64,000 bases of DNA, taken from the IMG/VR virus record IMGVR_UViG_3300045243_000058, positions 1,153 to 65,152 of that record; one strand, given 5' to 3'. The DNA is from a virus (Duplodnaviria > Caudoviricetes). Position numbers and translations under genes: made by a program. The notes beneath the pieces are model-generated. The model did no database searches. It was given only the letters and a program-made list of their open reading frames with translations, and was not told the DNA's origin. Shown in pieces: positions 1-7,998 of the stretch. Numbering within the stretch: position 1 is the stretch's first letter; every line of letters starts with the position of its first letter.

Positions 1-162
1 CTCCTATCGGGAAAGGCAACCGACCCCCGCTGCTTCCAACAGTCGCCCGCGAAGGAGACGACGAGCAGCACAGCATGGCATTGCGCGAAGTGCAAGAAGC
101 CGATGCAGTTCTTTGACGGAATCTGTTTCTCCTGCAGTGGAGGCAAAGACCCAGGTGACTAA
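1..162 (+). CDS. Partial (5'-truncated) Zn-finger protein
   Basis: Frame 1 reads ...WHCAKCKKPMQFFDGICFSCSGGKDPGD* (two CxxC pairs). The stop overlaps the next GTG. Confidence 0.5.
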   Translation, partial: LLSGKATDPRCFQQSPAKETTSSTAWHCAKCKKPMQFFDGICFSCSGGKDPGD

Positions 163-385
163 GAAGCGGCTAGTCGAGGGTTGGGCTTGGATGGTAGACG
201 GGCATTTGCAAAGTTCCATTGACGGAGCGTTCGTGGCAGGCAAGAAGAAACCGGCAGCGCGCGTTATTACCGGAGAGGAAGGCGAACAATATCGGGCCGC
301 CGGAAAGTGGGTGCGCGTCGCGGGGTTCGTCATGGAGCGCGGTCATGCGTTGTCGCCCACGAAGGCGGGAGGGGAGGGAACTTGA
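155..385 (+). CDS. Hypothetical protein
   Basis: GTG start overlapping the upstream gene end, with GGAGG upstream (VTKKRLVEGWAW...). Confidence 0.5.
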   Translation: MTKKRLVEGWAWMVDGHLQSSIDGAFVAGKKKPAARVITGEEGEQYRAAGKWVRVAGFVMERGHALSPTKAGGEGT

Positions 386-390
386 GCGAG

Positions 391-504
391 ATGAATGTAC
401 TTGAGGCGATCATATTCGTCCTCGCCGTTCCAATAGCCATTAACCTCTGCGTGATCGTCTCGCTCCTGTCGAAAATCCTTGCCGCGCTGAAGGTCCGCCC
501 ATGA
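391..504 (+). CDS. Small single-TM membrane protein
   Basis: MNVLEAIIFVLAVPIAINLCVIVSLLSKILAALKVRP; hydrophobic; purine-rich SD; stop overlaps next ATG. Confidence 0.55.
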   Translation: MNVLEAIIFVLAVPIAINLCVIVSLLSKILAALKVRP

Positions 505-716
505 CTTCTCTCTGGCGCAGGCTCGTGTGCTTCGTGGGGCTCGCGGCGATGGTGGGGTGCGGGCAGACGACCAATGCGACGAGGATGATGGATCCTGATC
601 GCGTGTGCTGGTCGGAAAGGGAACTCCGCCGCGACTGCTGCTTCCCAATCAAGTGGGAGAATGGCATGCCGATCGCAATCGGCAACGCTTCTTGCACAGC
701 ATGGAGCTCCCGATGA
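501..716 (+). CDS. Small Cys-rich lipoprotein (paralog of 1301-1489)
   Basis: Signal peptide with lipobox-like MVG-C; CW...CC.P...C..W pattern shared with the paralog. Confidence 0.7.
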   Translation: MTSLWRRLVCFVGLAAMVGCGQTTNATRMMDPDRVCWSERELRRDCCFPIKWENGMPIAIGNASCTAWSSR

Positions 717-928
717 CCCGCCTCCGTCTCGCTCAGAAGTATCGCGCGGCGCTCGTTGGCCTTCTGTGGGGAGACGGCTGGGGCGGCAAACTATGCTTCA
801 GCCCCGGCGAGTGTGGCCCGAAGTATTGGCACCGGCCAGCGTGTAGGGCTGCGCTCAAGGCGATCAATGCACGCCGAATGGAGCAGCGAGCCAGACGACG
901 GAATGGACGCGCCAAGGTGACACCATGA
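713..928 (+). CDS. Hypothetical basic protein
   Basis: ATGA overlap with the upstream gene (MTRLRLAQKY...). Confidence 0.5.
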   Translation: MTRLRLAQKYRAALVGLLWGDGWGGKLCFSPGECGPKYWHRPACRAALKAINARRMEQRARRRNGRAKVTP

Positions 929-1046
929 TCCGTCTCGCTCTCTGCGCCGTGGGGCCGTCATGAAGCGCGGAGAGGATTTCTTCATCGGTTGTGAACCACC
1001 ACCATTGCGAGTCGAGCAGATTCTAGGCCGACTCAAGGAGGCTCAA

Positions 1047-1304
1047 ATGAGCGCAATTATCAGGCTGAAAATGTCGGTCCAGAGCGTCAAGTCGGTCTCG
1101 GACAATCTCGGCAACAAGACATCGGAGGAGATCGCGCTTCTCGCCGTCTACGGCCCGGACGGCTCTGCGAACAAGCAGTGGTCGAAGTGGACGCCGACCG
1201 GCAGCCTCAATTTCACGGTCAACAACCCGGAGGCGTTCGACAAGATTCGGCCGGGCCAGTTCATCTTCGTTGACCTCTCCGTCACCGACAAGGATTCAAT
1301 TTGA
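1047..1304 (+). CDS. Conserved small phage protein of unknown function
   Basis: AAGGAGG SD; AVYG...NKQWSKWTPTGSLNFTVNNPEA motif resembles a widespread phage family; high GC3. Confidence 0.75.
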   Translation: MSAIIRLKMSVQSVKSVSDNLGNKTSEEIALLAVYGPDGSANKQWSKWTPTGSLNFTVNNPEAFDKIRPGQFIFVDLSVTDKDSI

Positions 1305-1489
1305 CGCGCCTTCTCCTCTGCGCCGTGGGGCTGGTGGCGATGGTGGGGTGTGGAGACAACGCGCACATCTCATGCTGGAACGATGTCGAGAAGGAGCGCA
1401 CCTGCTGTCAGCCGATGGTAGGATACGAACTATCGAGTCCGTCCGGCCCGGCGACCTGCACGAAGTGGAAGATGGAGCCATCCCGATGA
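1301..1489 (+). CDS. Small Cys-rich lipoprotein (paralog of 501-716)
   Basis: TTG start; LLLCAVGLVAMVG-C lipobox; same Cys/Trp spacing as 501-716. Confidence 0.7.
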   Translation: MTRLLLCAVGLVAMVGCGDNAHISCWNDVEKERTCCQPMVGYELSSPSGPATCTKWKMEPSR

Positions 1490-1511
1490 CCCCGACCCTC
1501 GCGGCGCGGCG

Positions 1512-2042
1512 ATGAGCTCGACGAACCGTGGTTCCGTCAGGCGTCCCGGCGACAGCTACATGACGCGGCCCCAGGATATCGAGGCGCTGCTCCGGCACGT
1601 CAAGCCGTTCGGATCGTTCCTTGAGCCGTGCGTCGGGACTGGGAACATCATGAAGGCGGTCCTGCCATTCGTGGGGCCAACTTCTTGGGCTGAGATCACA
1701 CAGGGCCGCGACTTCCTGGCCGATGATGCCTTCGTCCTATCGTGGGACTGGATCATCACGAATCCACCCTTCTCGTTAGCGCGTGAGTTCATCGAGAAGT
1801 CCCTGCGGATCTCCTGTCACGTCGCCATGCTCCTGCCGATGGGCTTCTACGCCAGCGCGGAGCGGTTCGAGTGGTGGCAGGACAAGCTGCCGACGGCGCA
1901 GTACGTCCTGCACCAGCGGCCCTGGTTCCTCGACTGGGACGGGAAGCGCGTGCTCGGGAAGAACGGCAAGCCGGGAACCGACTCGGCGACCTACGCCTGG
2001 CTGGTATGGTCGCGGTTGTACTCTGGGATTCACGTCATCTGA
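1512..2042 (+). CDS. Phage DNA amino-methyltransferase (N6-A/N4-C type)
   Basis: Motif I LEPCVGTG, catalytic ITNPPF, N-terminal DSYMT and C-terminal TDSATYAWLVW. Confidence 0.85.
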   Translation: MSSTNRGSVRRPGDSYMTRPQDIEALLRHVKPFGSFLEPCVGTGNIMKAVLPFVGPTSWAEITQGRDFLADDAFVLSWDWIITNPPFSLAREFIEKSLRISCHVAMLLPMGFYASAERFEWWQDKLPTAQYVLHQRPWFLDWDGKRVLGKNGKPGTDSATYAWLVWSRLYSGIHVI

Positions 2043-2053
2043 AAGGAGACTCA

Positions 2054-2344
2054 ATGTCCACGATGGAAGCGGTGCGCCGCGTAGTCCTGTCGACCCTGGA
2101 ACACGGCCACAGGAAGGCGACGATCTACTTGGCGCGTGACCTGACGGTGAAGGCGACTCGGCGGCACAAGCGTCGGGAGAACGAGCGGCAGGCCGAGATC
2201 CTCGTGACGATCGGGAGGCCAAACTACGAGGAAAGAAAGTTCATCGAGTCCCGCACTCAGAAATCGGCGCGGCCGTTCCCGTCGAACATCGAGGTCAAGG
2301 GGTGGAAGCGTGTGGACCGTCGCCGACCCGCGACTCGTCGGTGA
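2054..2344 (+). CDS. Hypothetical protein
   Basis: AAAGGAG SD then ATG; high-GC3 codon usage. Confidence 0.7.
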   Translation: MSTMEAVRRVVLSTLEHGHRKATIYLARDLTVKATRRHKRRENERQAEILVTIGRPNYEERKFIESRTQKSARPFPSNIEVKGWKRVDRRRPATRR

Positions 2345-2579
2345 CGGTCCGTACTTCGGGTTCACCGATTCGCGGTACGTTCCGAGACCGAACGAAGTCG
2401 AGCGCGTGAAGTGGAAACACTGGCACCTCGGGACCGAGCGACTCGCCGTGTACGACGCGATCGCCAATCGAGCTCGCCGGTTCCGGCGCACGCCGGCGGG
2501 CTGGGACGAAACGACCGGGCACGAGTCGGGCGCCTTCGGGCGCGTGGAGTTCATCGAGTGCTTGAGGGAGGGACAGTGA
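2310..2579 (+). CDS. Hypothetical protein
   Basis: Fills the gap in a co-directional operon; start uncertain. Confidence 0.45.
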   Translation: MWTVADPRLVGDGPYFGFTDSRYVPRPNEVERVKWKHWHLGTERLAVYDAIANRARRFRRTPAGWDETTGHESGAFGRVEFIECLREGQ

Positions 2580-2673
2580 GAAACCTACTGCGCTGGTTTT
2601 CGTGCGAACGCTGTCGGTTCACGCGATGCCTCAACCGCGTGTGCCTGTGCCACTGTCACGATGAGGAGCCGGA

Positions 2674-3156
2674 GTGACGCTCGCGCCCAAGGCGGTCTTG
2701 GCAATCGACCCGGGCTCGAGCTGCGGGTGGGCGATCGGCGACGAGAACGGAATCGCGGCCTCCGGCGTCTGGCAACTCAAGCCGCGCCCCGGCGACTCGC
2801 CCGGGATGCGCTACATCATGCTGCTCGGCCGACTCGAGGACGTCTTGCGCGCGTACCCGACACTTGACCTTGTCGTGTATGAACAGGCGCACCAGCGCGG
2901 ACGCGCCGCGACCGAGTACGCGCTCGGAGTCGCGACCCACGTTCAGAGCTTCTGCGCGCGGCACCGGATCGAGCACGCGAAGGTTCACTCGGCATCGGTC
3001 AAGAAAAACGCCACCGGAATCGGTAACTGCGGCAAGGAGGCGATGGTCACGGAGGCGAAACTACGGTTCGGCCGCGAGAGCCTCACCGACGACGAGGCCG
3101 ACGCGCTCTGGATCCTCGACTACGCGCGCAAGGTGATGCTCGGGTGGCGGGAATGA
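2674..3156 (+). CDS. RuvC-like Holliday junction resolvase
   Basis: RNase H-fold catalytic motifs LAIDPG, VVYEQ, VKKNATG.G...K and DDEADAL. Confidence 0.85.
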   Translation: MTLAPKAVLAIDPGSSCGWAIGDENGIAASGVWQLKPRPGDSPGMRYIMLLGRLEDVLRAYPTLDLVVYEQAHQRGRAATEYALGVATHVQSFCARHRIEHAKVHSASVKKNATGIGNCGKEAMVTEAKLRFGRESLTDDEADALWILDYARKVMLGWRE

Positions 3157-3341
3157 TCGATTTCGTGCCGCCGCCACTCTCGTTCGCCGATGGGAAATTG
3201 CGCTACCACCTTCGACAGGCCATGAAGGAGATCGAACGCCGCTGTGCTATTCCCCCTGAACTCCTCAAAGAGCTCGAACAGAGCACCGCCAAGACGGAGC
3301 GCCTCTATCGGATGTTCTTTGGGCCGAGGGAACGGGAATGA
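3153..3341 (+). CDS. Hypothetical protein
   Basis: ATGA overlap with the resolvase stop. Confidence 0.5.
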   Translation: MIDFVPPPLSFADGKLRYHLRQAMKEIERRCAIPPELLKELEQSTAKTERLYRMFFGPRERE

Positions 3342-3505
3342 TCCGCCCCTGGCACCTTGTCTGCCTGGGCGCCCTCGTTGGTGCGCTCGTCGTCCTCAAG
3401 GTCGGGCCCCACGGGCCGCAGTTGCTTCGCGCCGTCGTTCTCGGGGCCGTCGGCGGCGTGCTCGGAACTATCCTTTCGATGCTGTTCAGGAGGGTCAAGC
3501 GTTGA
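3338..3505 (+). CDS. Small 2-TM membrane protein (not in the supplied ORF track)
   Basis: MIRPWHLVCLGALVGALVVLKVGPHGPQLLRAVVLGAVGGVLGTILSMLFRRVKR*; 4-nt overlaps at both ends. Confidence 0.6.
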   Translation: MIRPWHLVCLGALVGALVVLKVGPHGPQLLRAVVLGAVGGVLGTILSMLFRRVKR

Positions 3506-3714
3506 CCGAGCCGCCGAACTACCCGCCCGCGCTCCGCTGTCCCGGCTGTCCGCTCGTCTGGCCCGTGCCGGACTGGTCCGACAGCGCCGCTGCGGCCGTC
3601 TCGATCGCGGCCCTTCGCAACCACCTCGAAGCCACCGGGCACCTCGCCCGCCTCGGGCACGTCACCGTCGACCAGATCGTCGAGGCCATCAAGGCGGCGA
3701 CCGTCGAACAGTAA
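3502..3714 (+). CDS. C2H2-like Zn-finger protein
   Basis: AGGAGG SD, TTG start; CPGC...HLEATGH. Confidence 0.6.
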   Translation: MTEPPNYPPALRCPGCPLVWPVPDWSDSAAAAVSIAALRNHLEATGHLARLGHVTVDQIVEAIKAATVEQ

Positions 3715-3744
3715 AAGACCCCGGCCGATGCCTTGGCCGGGGTC
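3713..3744. terminator. Intrinsic terminator between convergent operons
   Basis: GACCCCGGCC/GGCCGGGGTC stem; AAAA on the left gives a U-tract on the minus strand. Confidence 0.7.
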
Positions 3745-4044
3745 ACGGGGACGCGACGCGCGCCACGATCCAACCCTTGCAGCTACGACACGCGCCGGCC
3801 TTCTAAGGGCTCCCGCTTGGCCCCAGGTTGCCGCCCCGCTGTGGGTGATACTCTCGCACTGGCCCGGCAGGCGCGCTCCATGCCTCCAGGGGCGCAGATT
3901 GGGCCGAGGTGGGCTGCTGAGTGCTGCGGCCGGGGCGTACTCGCCGCCTGAGCCAGTGGAGCGCCACGGGCGGCCGTTTTCCGGTTCATCTCAGGCTCAG
4001 GTACAGGAGCAGGCCCAGAGCGACGAGGACCGCGCGCAGGCGTC

Positions 4045-4254
4045 TCACGGCTTGAGTCCCGCGAGCCGGCACCCGTACCAGGCCCCGACCAGGAACACCA
4101 CGCAGAGGACGACGAACGCGACGGGCACGGCCCACGACGGCCACGGCTTGTCCGCCAGGCACCACCCGCAGCGGATGCAGTGGGTGTCGCCGCACTCGCA
4201 GTTCATCGGCTCCAGGCAGAGCGGGCAAGGCTCGCCGTGGCGCGGGGGTCTCAC
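4045..4254 (-). CDS. Zn-finger protein with C-terminal TM helix
   Basis: CPLC...CEC...CIRC followed by WAVPVAFVVLCVVFLVGAW. Confidence 0.55.
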   Translation of the reverse strand: MRPPRHGEPCPLCLEPMNCECGDTHCIRCGWCLADKPWPSWAVPVAFVVLCVVFLVGAWYGCRLAGLKP

Positions 4255-4421
4255 TCGAGCACCGCCGGAGACGGCGCGATCTCGATGCGGCCGTCGGCCC
4301 AGACGCGCAGCTCGGTCGACCGCCCCTCCCGCGCGAACGTCACGACGATGTAGGAATCCGCGGCGACGGTGACGCCTTGTCCTCCCCGGTCGGTTCGCAT
4401 CCAGCCGGTGATCTTGGTCAT
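4251..4421 (-). CDS. Hypothetical protein
   Basis: MTKITGWMRTDRGG...; coupled to neighbouring genes. Confidence 0.55.
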   Translation of the reverse strand: MTKITGWMRTDRGGQGVTVAADSYIVVTFAREGRSTELRVWADGRIEIAPSPAVLE

Positions 4422-4426
4422 GGGCC

Positions 4427-4816
4427 TCAGTCCTCGTCCGGGAGCATCACGGTAATGACCGGCTCGGCATCGTCGCCAGGCCCGCACACCGATCGGAGCG
4501 TGACCAACTCCTGATGCTCCGGCCTCGTGACCACGGACAACTGATAGGTCAACTCGGAGCCTTTCGGCGAATTGCGGATCGCGTGGCGCAGCATCCACAC
4601 GATGTCCCAGAGTCGCCCCGCTTCGTTCTGGATGCCTTCGCAGCCCTCCGGGACCGCGACGTAGGATTCCCAGACGCCGCGCGTCACGACGACAGGGAAC
4701 TTGATGCCGGCCTCCTTTGCCGTCGCGCTCACATCGACAAGGACGCCATCCTCGATCGCTTGCGCGCGGCTGTACGAACTGATGACCTCTCCGAATACCT
4801 CATACGTCTGATTCAC
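4427..4816 (-). CDS. DUF6573-like protein
   Basis: YSRAQAIEDGVLVDVS, GRLWDIVWM and GPGDDAEPVITVMLPDED are the characteristic motifs; AAAGGGGAG SD. Confidence 0.85.
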   Translation of the reverse strand: MNQTYEVFGEVISSYSRAQAIEDGVLVDVSATAKEAGIKFPVVVTRGVWESYVAVPEGCEGIQNEAGRLWDIVWMLRHAIRNSPKGSELTYQLSVVTRPEHQELVTLRSVCGPGDDAEPVITVMLPDED

Positions 4817-4894
4817 GGCTCCCCTTTCTCCCCTGCGTGTAGCGCAGGCCAGAACCGCCCCGGTATATATACGCGGGGCGGTTCGTCGTCTGCG

Positions 4895-5188
4895 TTACTT
4901 CCCATCATTGAGGCGGCAGGAGTCATAGCAATCCGCAGGGGCCACGGCGGGCGGCTGCGGGGCGGACTTATAGCATTCCGGGCACAGGTGATTGGTGTGC
5001 AGCGGCAAGTCACGCCGCCCACACTTCTGGCAAGGTATGTGATTGGGTGGTACGCGCTGCGGCGGTGGCTCGTCCGGCGGGCAGCCGTGAAAATGCGGCA
5101 GGATGTGATCGCACGGGCTACCGGGCGCGACGGCTTTCAGCCTCCGCACTTCGTCGGAGCGGTGATGCTTCGAGTTGTAGGGTCGCAT
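4895..5188 (-). CDS. Cys/His-rich hypothetical protein
   Basis: GGAGG SD; CQKC...CPEC. Confidence 0.5.
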   Translation of the reverse strand: MRPYNSKHHRSDEVRRLKAVAPGSPCDHILPHFHGCPPDEPPPQRVPPNHIPCQKCGRRDLPLHTNHLCPECYKSAPQPPAVAPADCYDSCRLNDGK

Positions 5189-5361
5189 TAGCGCGCCTCC
5201 GGACAAACGCGATTCAATTCGTTGATGATCCAGCCGGCTGCGGCAGCAAAGTCGGACTGGTCGAGAATCCTGGCCAACCACTCCGCGACCCGAAAGCAGG
5301 TCGGGCACGTAATGGCGCTGTGCCTTGCTCGGCGTGTCTGCGGCTTCGTCGTCTGTGTCAT
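5188..5361 (-). CDS. Hypothetical protein
   Basis: AAGGAGAG SD; MTQTTKPQ...CPTC. Confidence 0.55.
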   Translation of the reverse strand: MTQTTKPQTRRARHSAITCPTCFRVAEWLARILDQSDFAAAAGWIINELNRVCPEAR

Positions 5362-5549
5362 GGTCTCTCCTTGACCTCGTGTCCCTGGACAAGATGCAGT
5401 TCCACCATCCCCGGTAACAACCGGAGCGGCACGTACCGCCGCGCCTGACACGCCGCGTCGTGCCCGTCCCCGCGCACGTACCCACAGTCGTGACAGATCC
5501 CGCACGACACGCACACCGGACGGGGGTCGGGGGTCACGGGAAAATCCAT
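5358..5549 (-). CDS. Cys-rich hypothetical protein
   Basis: MDFPVTPD...CVSCGICHDCG; overlaps both neighbours. Confidence 0.45.
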   Translation of the reverse strand: MDFPVTPDPRPVCVSCGICHDCGYVRGDGHDAACQARRYVPLRLLPGMVELHLVQGHEVKERP

Positions 5550-6184
5550 TCGCGGCGTCCGGCGTGACGGAACTCGTTGACCATCTGATCGAGTTGCGTT
5601 GACTGAGCGGCCCTCGCGGCGTCCCTCGCGGCGTCCCACGCGGCGTCCCTCGCGGCGTCCCTCGCGGCGTCCCTCGCGGCGTCCCTCGCGGCGTCCCTCG
5701 CGGCGGCCCTCGCGGCGGCCCTCGCGGCGTCCAACGCGGCGGCCCTCGCGGCGTCCCACGCGGCGTCCAACGCGGCGTCCAACGCGGCGTCCCTCGCGGC
5801 GGCCCGATCGACTTCCATCCCTTCGCGGAGGTACTTGAGGACGATCGGCGGCGGGCTCCACTTGTCGATGACGGAGAGCGCGCACCAACGCGCGAAAGCC
5901 CGCAGCACGGGCCCGATGTCGTCCACCCAGAGCGTTTCTCGCACGGAGCAAATGCTCTTGTCGGTGGCGGTGAGGATTTGCCCTCCTGCTTCGACCTCAC
6001 GCAGGACCGGGCCGGGCGCGTACGGCAAGGCATCGATGATACGGGGCGAGAAGTGCAGGCCCGAGCTACACATCGTCATCGGACCACGGTGGCGCTCAAC
6101 GACTCCGGCTTCGATGAGCGTGCCGGTCCTCGGGACCATGCGGTCGGCGGGCAGGAAGTTCCATCCCTTGACTGGCTTGTTCAC
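5534..6184 (-). CDS. Phage protein with MCSSGLH domain and C-terminal AARD/AAWD tetrapeptide repeats
   Basis: N-terminal CSSGLHFS...DAL.YA.G...EVE domain, LRAFARWCA motif, then about 16 AA(R/W/L)(D/A) units. Confidence 0.8.
   Translation of the reverse strand: MNKPVKGWNFLPADRMVPRTGTLIEAGVVERHRGPMTMCSSGLHFSPRIIDALPYAPGPVLREVEAGGQILTATDKSICSVRETLWVDDIGPVLRAFARWCALSVIDKWSPPPIVLKYLREGMEVDRAAARDAALDAALDAAWDAARAAALDAARAAARAAARDAARDAARDAARDAARDAAWDAARDAARAAQSTQLDQMVNEFRHAGRREWIFP
5607..5803. repeat. Tandem 12-bp repeat (about 16 units, CGGCGTCCCTCG consensus)
   Basis: Directly visible; in-frame coding repeat within 5534-6184. Confidence 0.95.
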
Positions 6185-6372
6185 CTGTTCTCCCTTCGTG
6201 GAAAGTGGGGCGTGACGGGTTCGGGCTTCACGAACAACGGCGCGTCCTCGTGCGACGCGGGCGCGACGCTCCGGAACTTCCGCTCGTACGCTTGGCGCTC
6301 CAACTCCCGCCGGCGGGCATCCAGCATGCGCGCCGTCGCGTGCGGGTCGTCTCCCCGAAGCGTGCGGCTCAT
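6181..6372 (-). CDS. Hypothetical protein
   Basis: MSRTLRGDD...; 4-nt overlaps on both sides. Confidence 0.55.
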   Translation of the reverse strand: MSRTLRGDDPHATARMLDARRRELERQAYERKFRSVAPASHEDAPLFVKPEPVTPHFPRRENR

Positions 6373-6992
6373 GGATTCACCTCGAAGAAGGCGCGCGCGA
6401 ATCCCGGCGGTGTGACGGACCGCGCACGCTTGGTCCGCTCCGACTTCCCGCCATACATTTGCACCCAACTCCCTTGCGTTGTCGTCCTGATGGGCGTCAC
6501 GGGGCGCGGCTTCGGCAGATTGAACCGCCCCCACAGCAGCGTGCGCTTTGTATACGGGTCGCCGTAGTCGCACGGGTCGAAGATCAACCGCACGTCGCCC
6601 AGCTCCGCGCCGCGCATCCTGCGGAGCCGACCGACCGGGTTTTCTAGCGCCCACCAGTCCGGCCCAACCATGAACACGATGTCGAGACACGCATCGACCA
6701 CGGCCAGCGCCTCGGCGGTGCGCCCATCCGCGTCCTTAGCCTTCCAATACTGTGCCCCGCTCACGGAGAAGTGGTCACAGGGCGGCGCGGCAAGAACGCC
6801 GTGGAAGCATGGCGCGCACGACTCGCGCCGCAACTCGGCATAGAACTCGGCCACCGTCCCGTGATACGCCTGACCGTGCGGCAGGTCGGGCGCCTTCGGG
6901 TCGACCACGAGTGTTGTATATCCCGCCTCGCGGTACGGCGCCGACCACGCGCCGGTGCCCCCGCACAGGTCGAGGATGATACGGTCCTTCAT
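6369..6992 (-). CDS. DNA cytosine-5 methyltransferase-like protein (compact phage type)
   Basis: DLCGGTG motif I, catalytic PPC, ALENPVGRL, YTKRTLLWG, RSVTPPGFA. Confidence 0.85.
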   Translation of the reverse strand: MKDRIILDLCGGTGAWSAPYREAGYTTLVVDPKAPDLPHGQAYHGTVAEFYAELRRESCAPCFHGVLAAPPCDHFSVSGAQYWKAKDADGRTAEALAVVDACLDIVFMVGPDWWALENPVGRLRRMRGAELGDVRLIFDPCDYGDPYTKRTLLWGRFNLPKPRPVTPIRTTTQGSWVQMYGGKSERTKRARSVTPPGFARAFFEVNP

Positions 6993-7171
6993 CGAACGTC
7001 CGCCGTGGACAACGCCTCCTCGACGTGCTCATCACACGCCGTCTCCGTCCAGTCGGTCCACTCCGTTACGGTGTGCAGCAGATAGAACGTCGCCCCGCTC
7101 GGCACGCGGTCCTGACAGTCCAGCGTCACGGGACACGGGTTCGCGTTCGTCAGCGCGGTCTTGGTCGTCAT
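6989..7171 (-). CDS. Hypothetical protein, first gene of the leftward operon
   Basis: AAAGGGGAG SD, directly downstream of a promoter. Confidence 0.6.
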   Translation of the reverse strand: MTTKTALTNANPCPVTLDCQDRVPSGATFYLLHTVTEWTDWTETACDEHVEEALSTADVR

Positions 7172-7216
7172 GCTCTCTCCCCTTTCGTGTCGCAGGTGTG
7201 CAGCCTGCTGCCTCCC

Positions 7217-7245
7217 TATATACGTGAGCCTGCCCGAGAGTGCAA
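7217..7245 (-). promoter_or_regulatory. Sigma70-type promoter TTGCAC-17-TATATA
   Basis: Near-consensus hexamers with 17-bp spacer and an AT-rich upstream tract, ahead of the leftward operon. Confidence 0.7.
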
Positions 7246-7282
7246 GGGTTATTTGTGGGAAATTATCGTGCCAGCGCACGAG

Positions 7283-7314
7283 AGTCTCACGGACAGTCTC
7301 ACGGTAGTCTCACG
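7283..7314. repeat. Three direct repeats of AGTCTCACG
   Basis: Copies start at 7283, 7295 and 7306. Confidence 0.85.
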
Positions 7315-7749
7315 TCAGGCTTTCGGCGCAGGCAGGTCCAAGGAAATGGACGGCGCGGGCGGTGGCGACCCGTCTCGCCGTTCGCTCGTCCTCGCGCCCT
7401 TCCACGTCGCCCTGAGTCGAACGATTTCGTCCTGTCCCATGTCCTGATGCCCGCCGGCCTGTCGGTCGCGCCGCCTGAGCCAGCGTAGCGCGTCGCGCTC
7501 CGGTCCATGCTGTAGGTCCCCGACCGCCAAACCGACAGGTCGGCGGCTTGGTGGGTCGCGCGGTGAGGACGGCAAGGCAGGTCGGCGGGGACGGTGACCA
7601 TCCCGAGTCGGGGCATGGCGGAGGCGGGGCGTACGGTTCATTGGACGGGCACTGGCACCCCGGGGCGGATGGAGCGAGGTGGGGGGCGAGAGCACGGGAA
7701 GGGGTACCCTCCCGCCGTCGACTTGGACGTACACTCCGGACGCGCAACC

Positions 7750-7980
7750 GAAACATCAGTCAACATTCACAAAATCCCATTTTCGGACACAGTTGGAGAA
7801 AAGTGTCCGGTTATGGGATTTTCACCAATTCGTTTTGATATGCGATTTTCGGGCCCTGTTGGGGTCAAGGGTTCAAGGTTCACCCCCTACGGGGGTGTGA
7901 ACCCTTTGAACCCAACCCGACCCTCGAACAGGGTTCATCGGGGTCAATGGTCCAATGAACCAATGAACCTTTGAACCCAA
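7750..7980. other. Putative replication origin (AT-rich tract plus GGTTCA/TGAACC inverted iteron-like repeats)
   Basis: About a dozen GG(T)TCA/TGAACC-type hexamers in two inverted clusters just downstream of the primase-helicase. Confidence 0.5.
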
Positions 7981-7998
7981 CGCAATTCTTGCGCGAGA

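Noticed and set aside
5607-5803. Tandem repeat considered as a CRISPR array or DGR variable region
   Set aside because: Units are 12 bp, contiguous, without unique spacers, and in frame within a CDS. No cas genes, reverse transcriptase or template repeat are visible.
3942-7483. 15-bp direct repeat CGCCGCCTGAGCCAG flanking the leftward cassette, as possible att sites
   Set aside because: A GC-rich 15-mer match is plausible by chance in 64 kb of high-GC DNA, and no recombinase is present.
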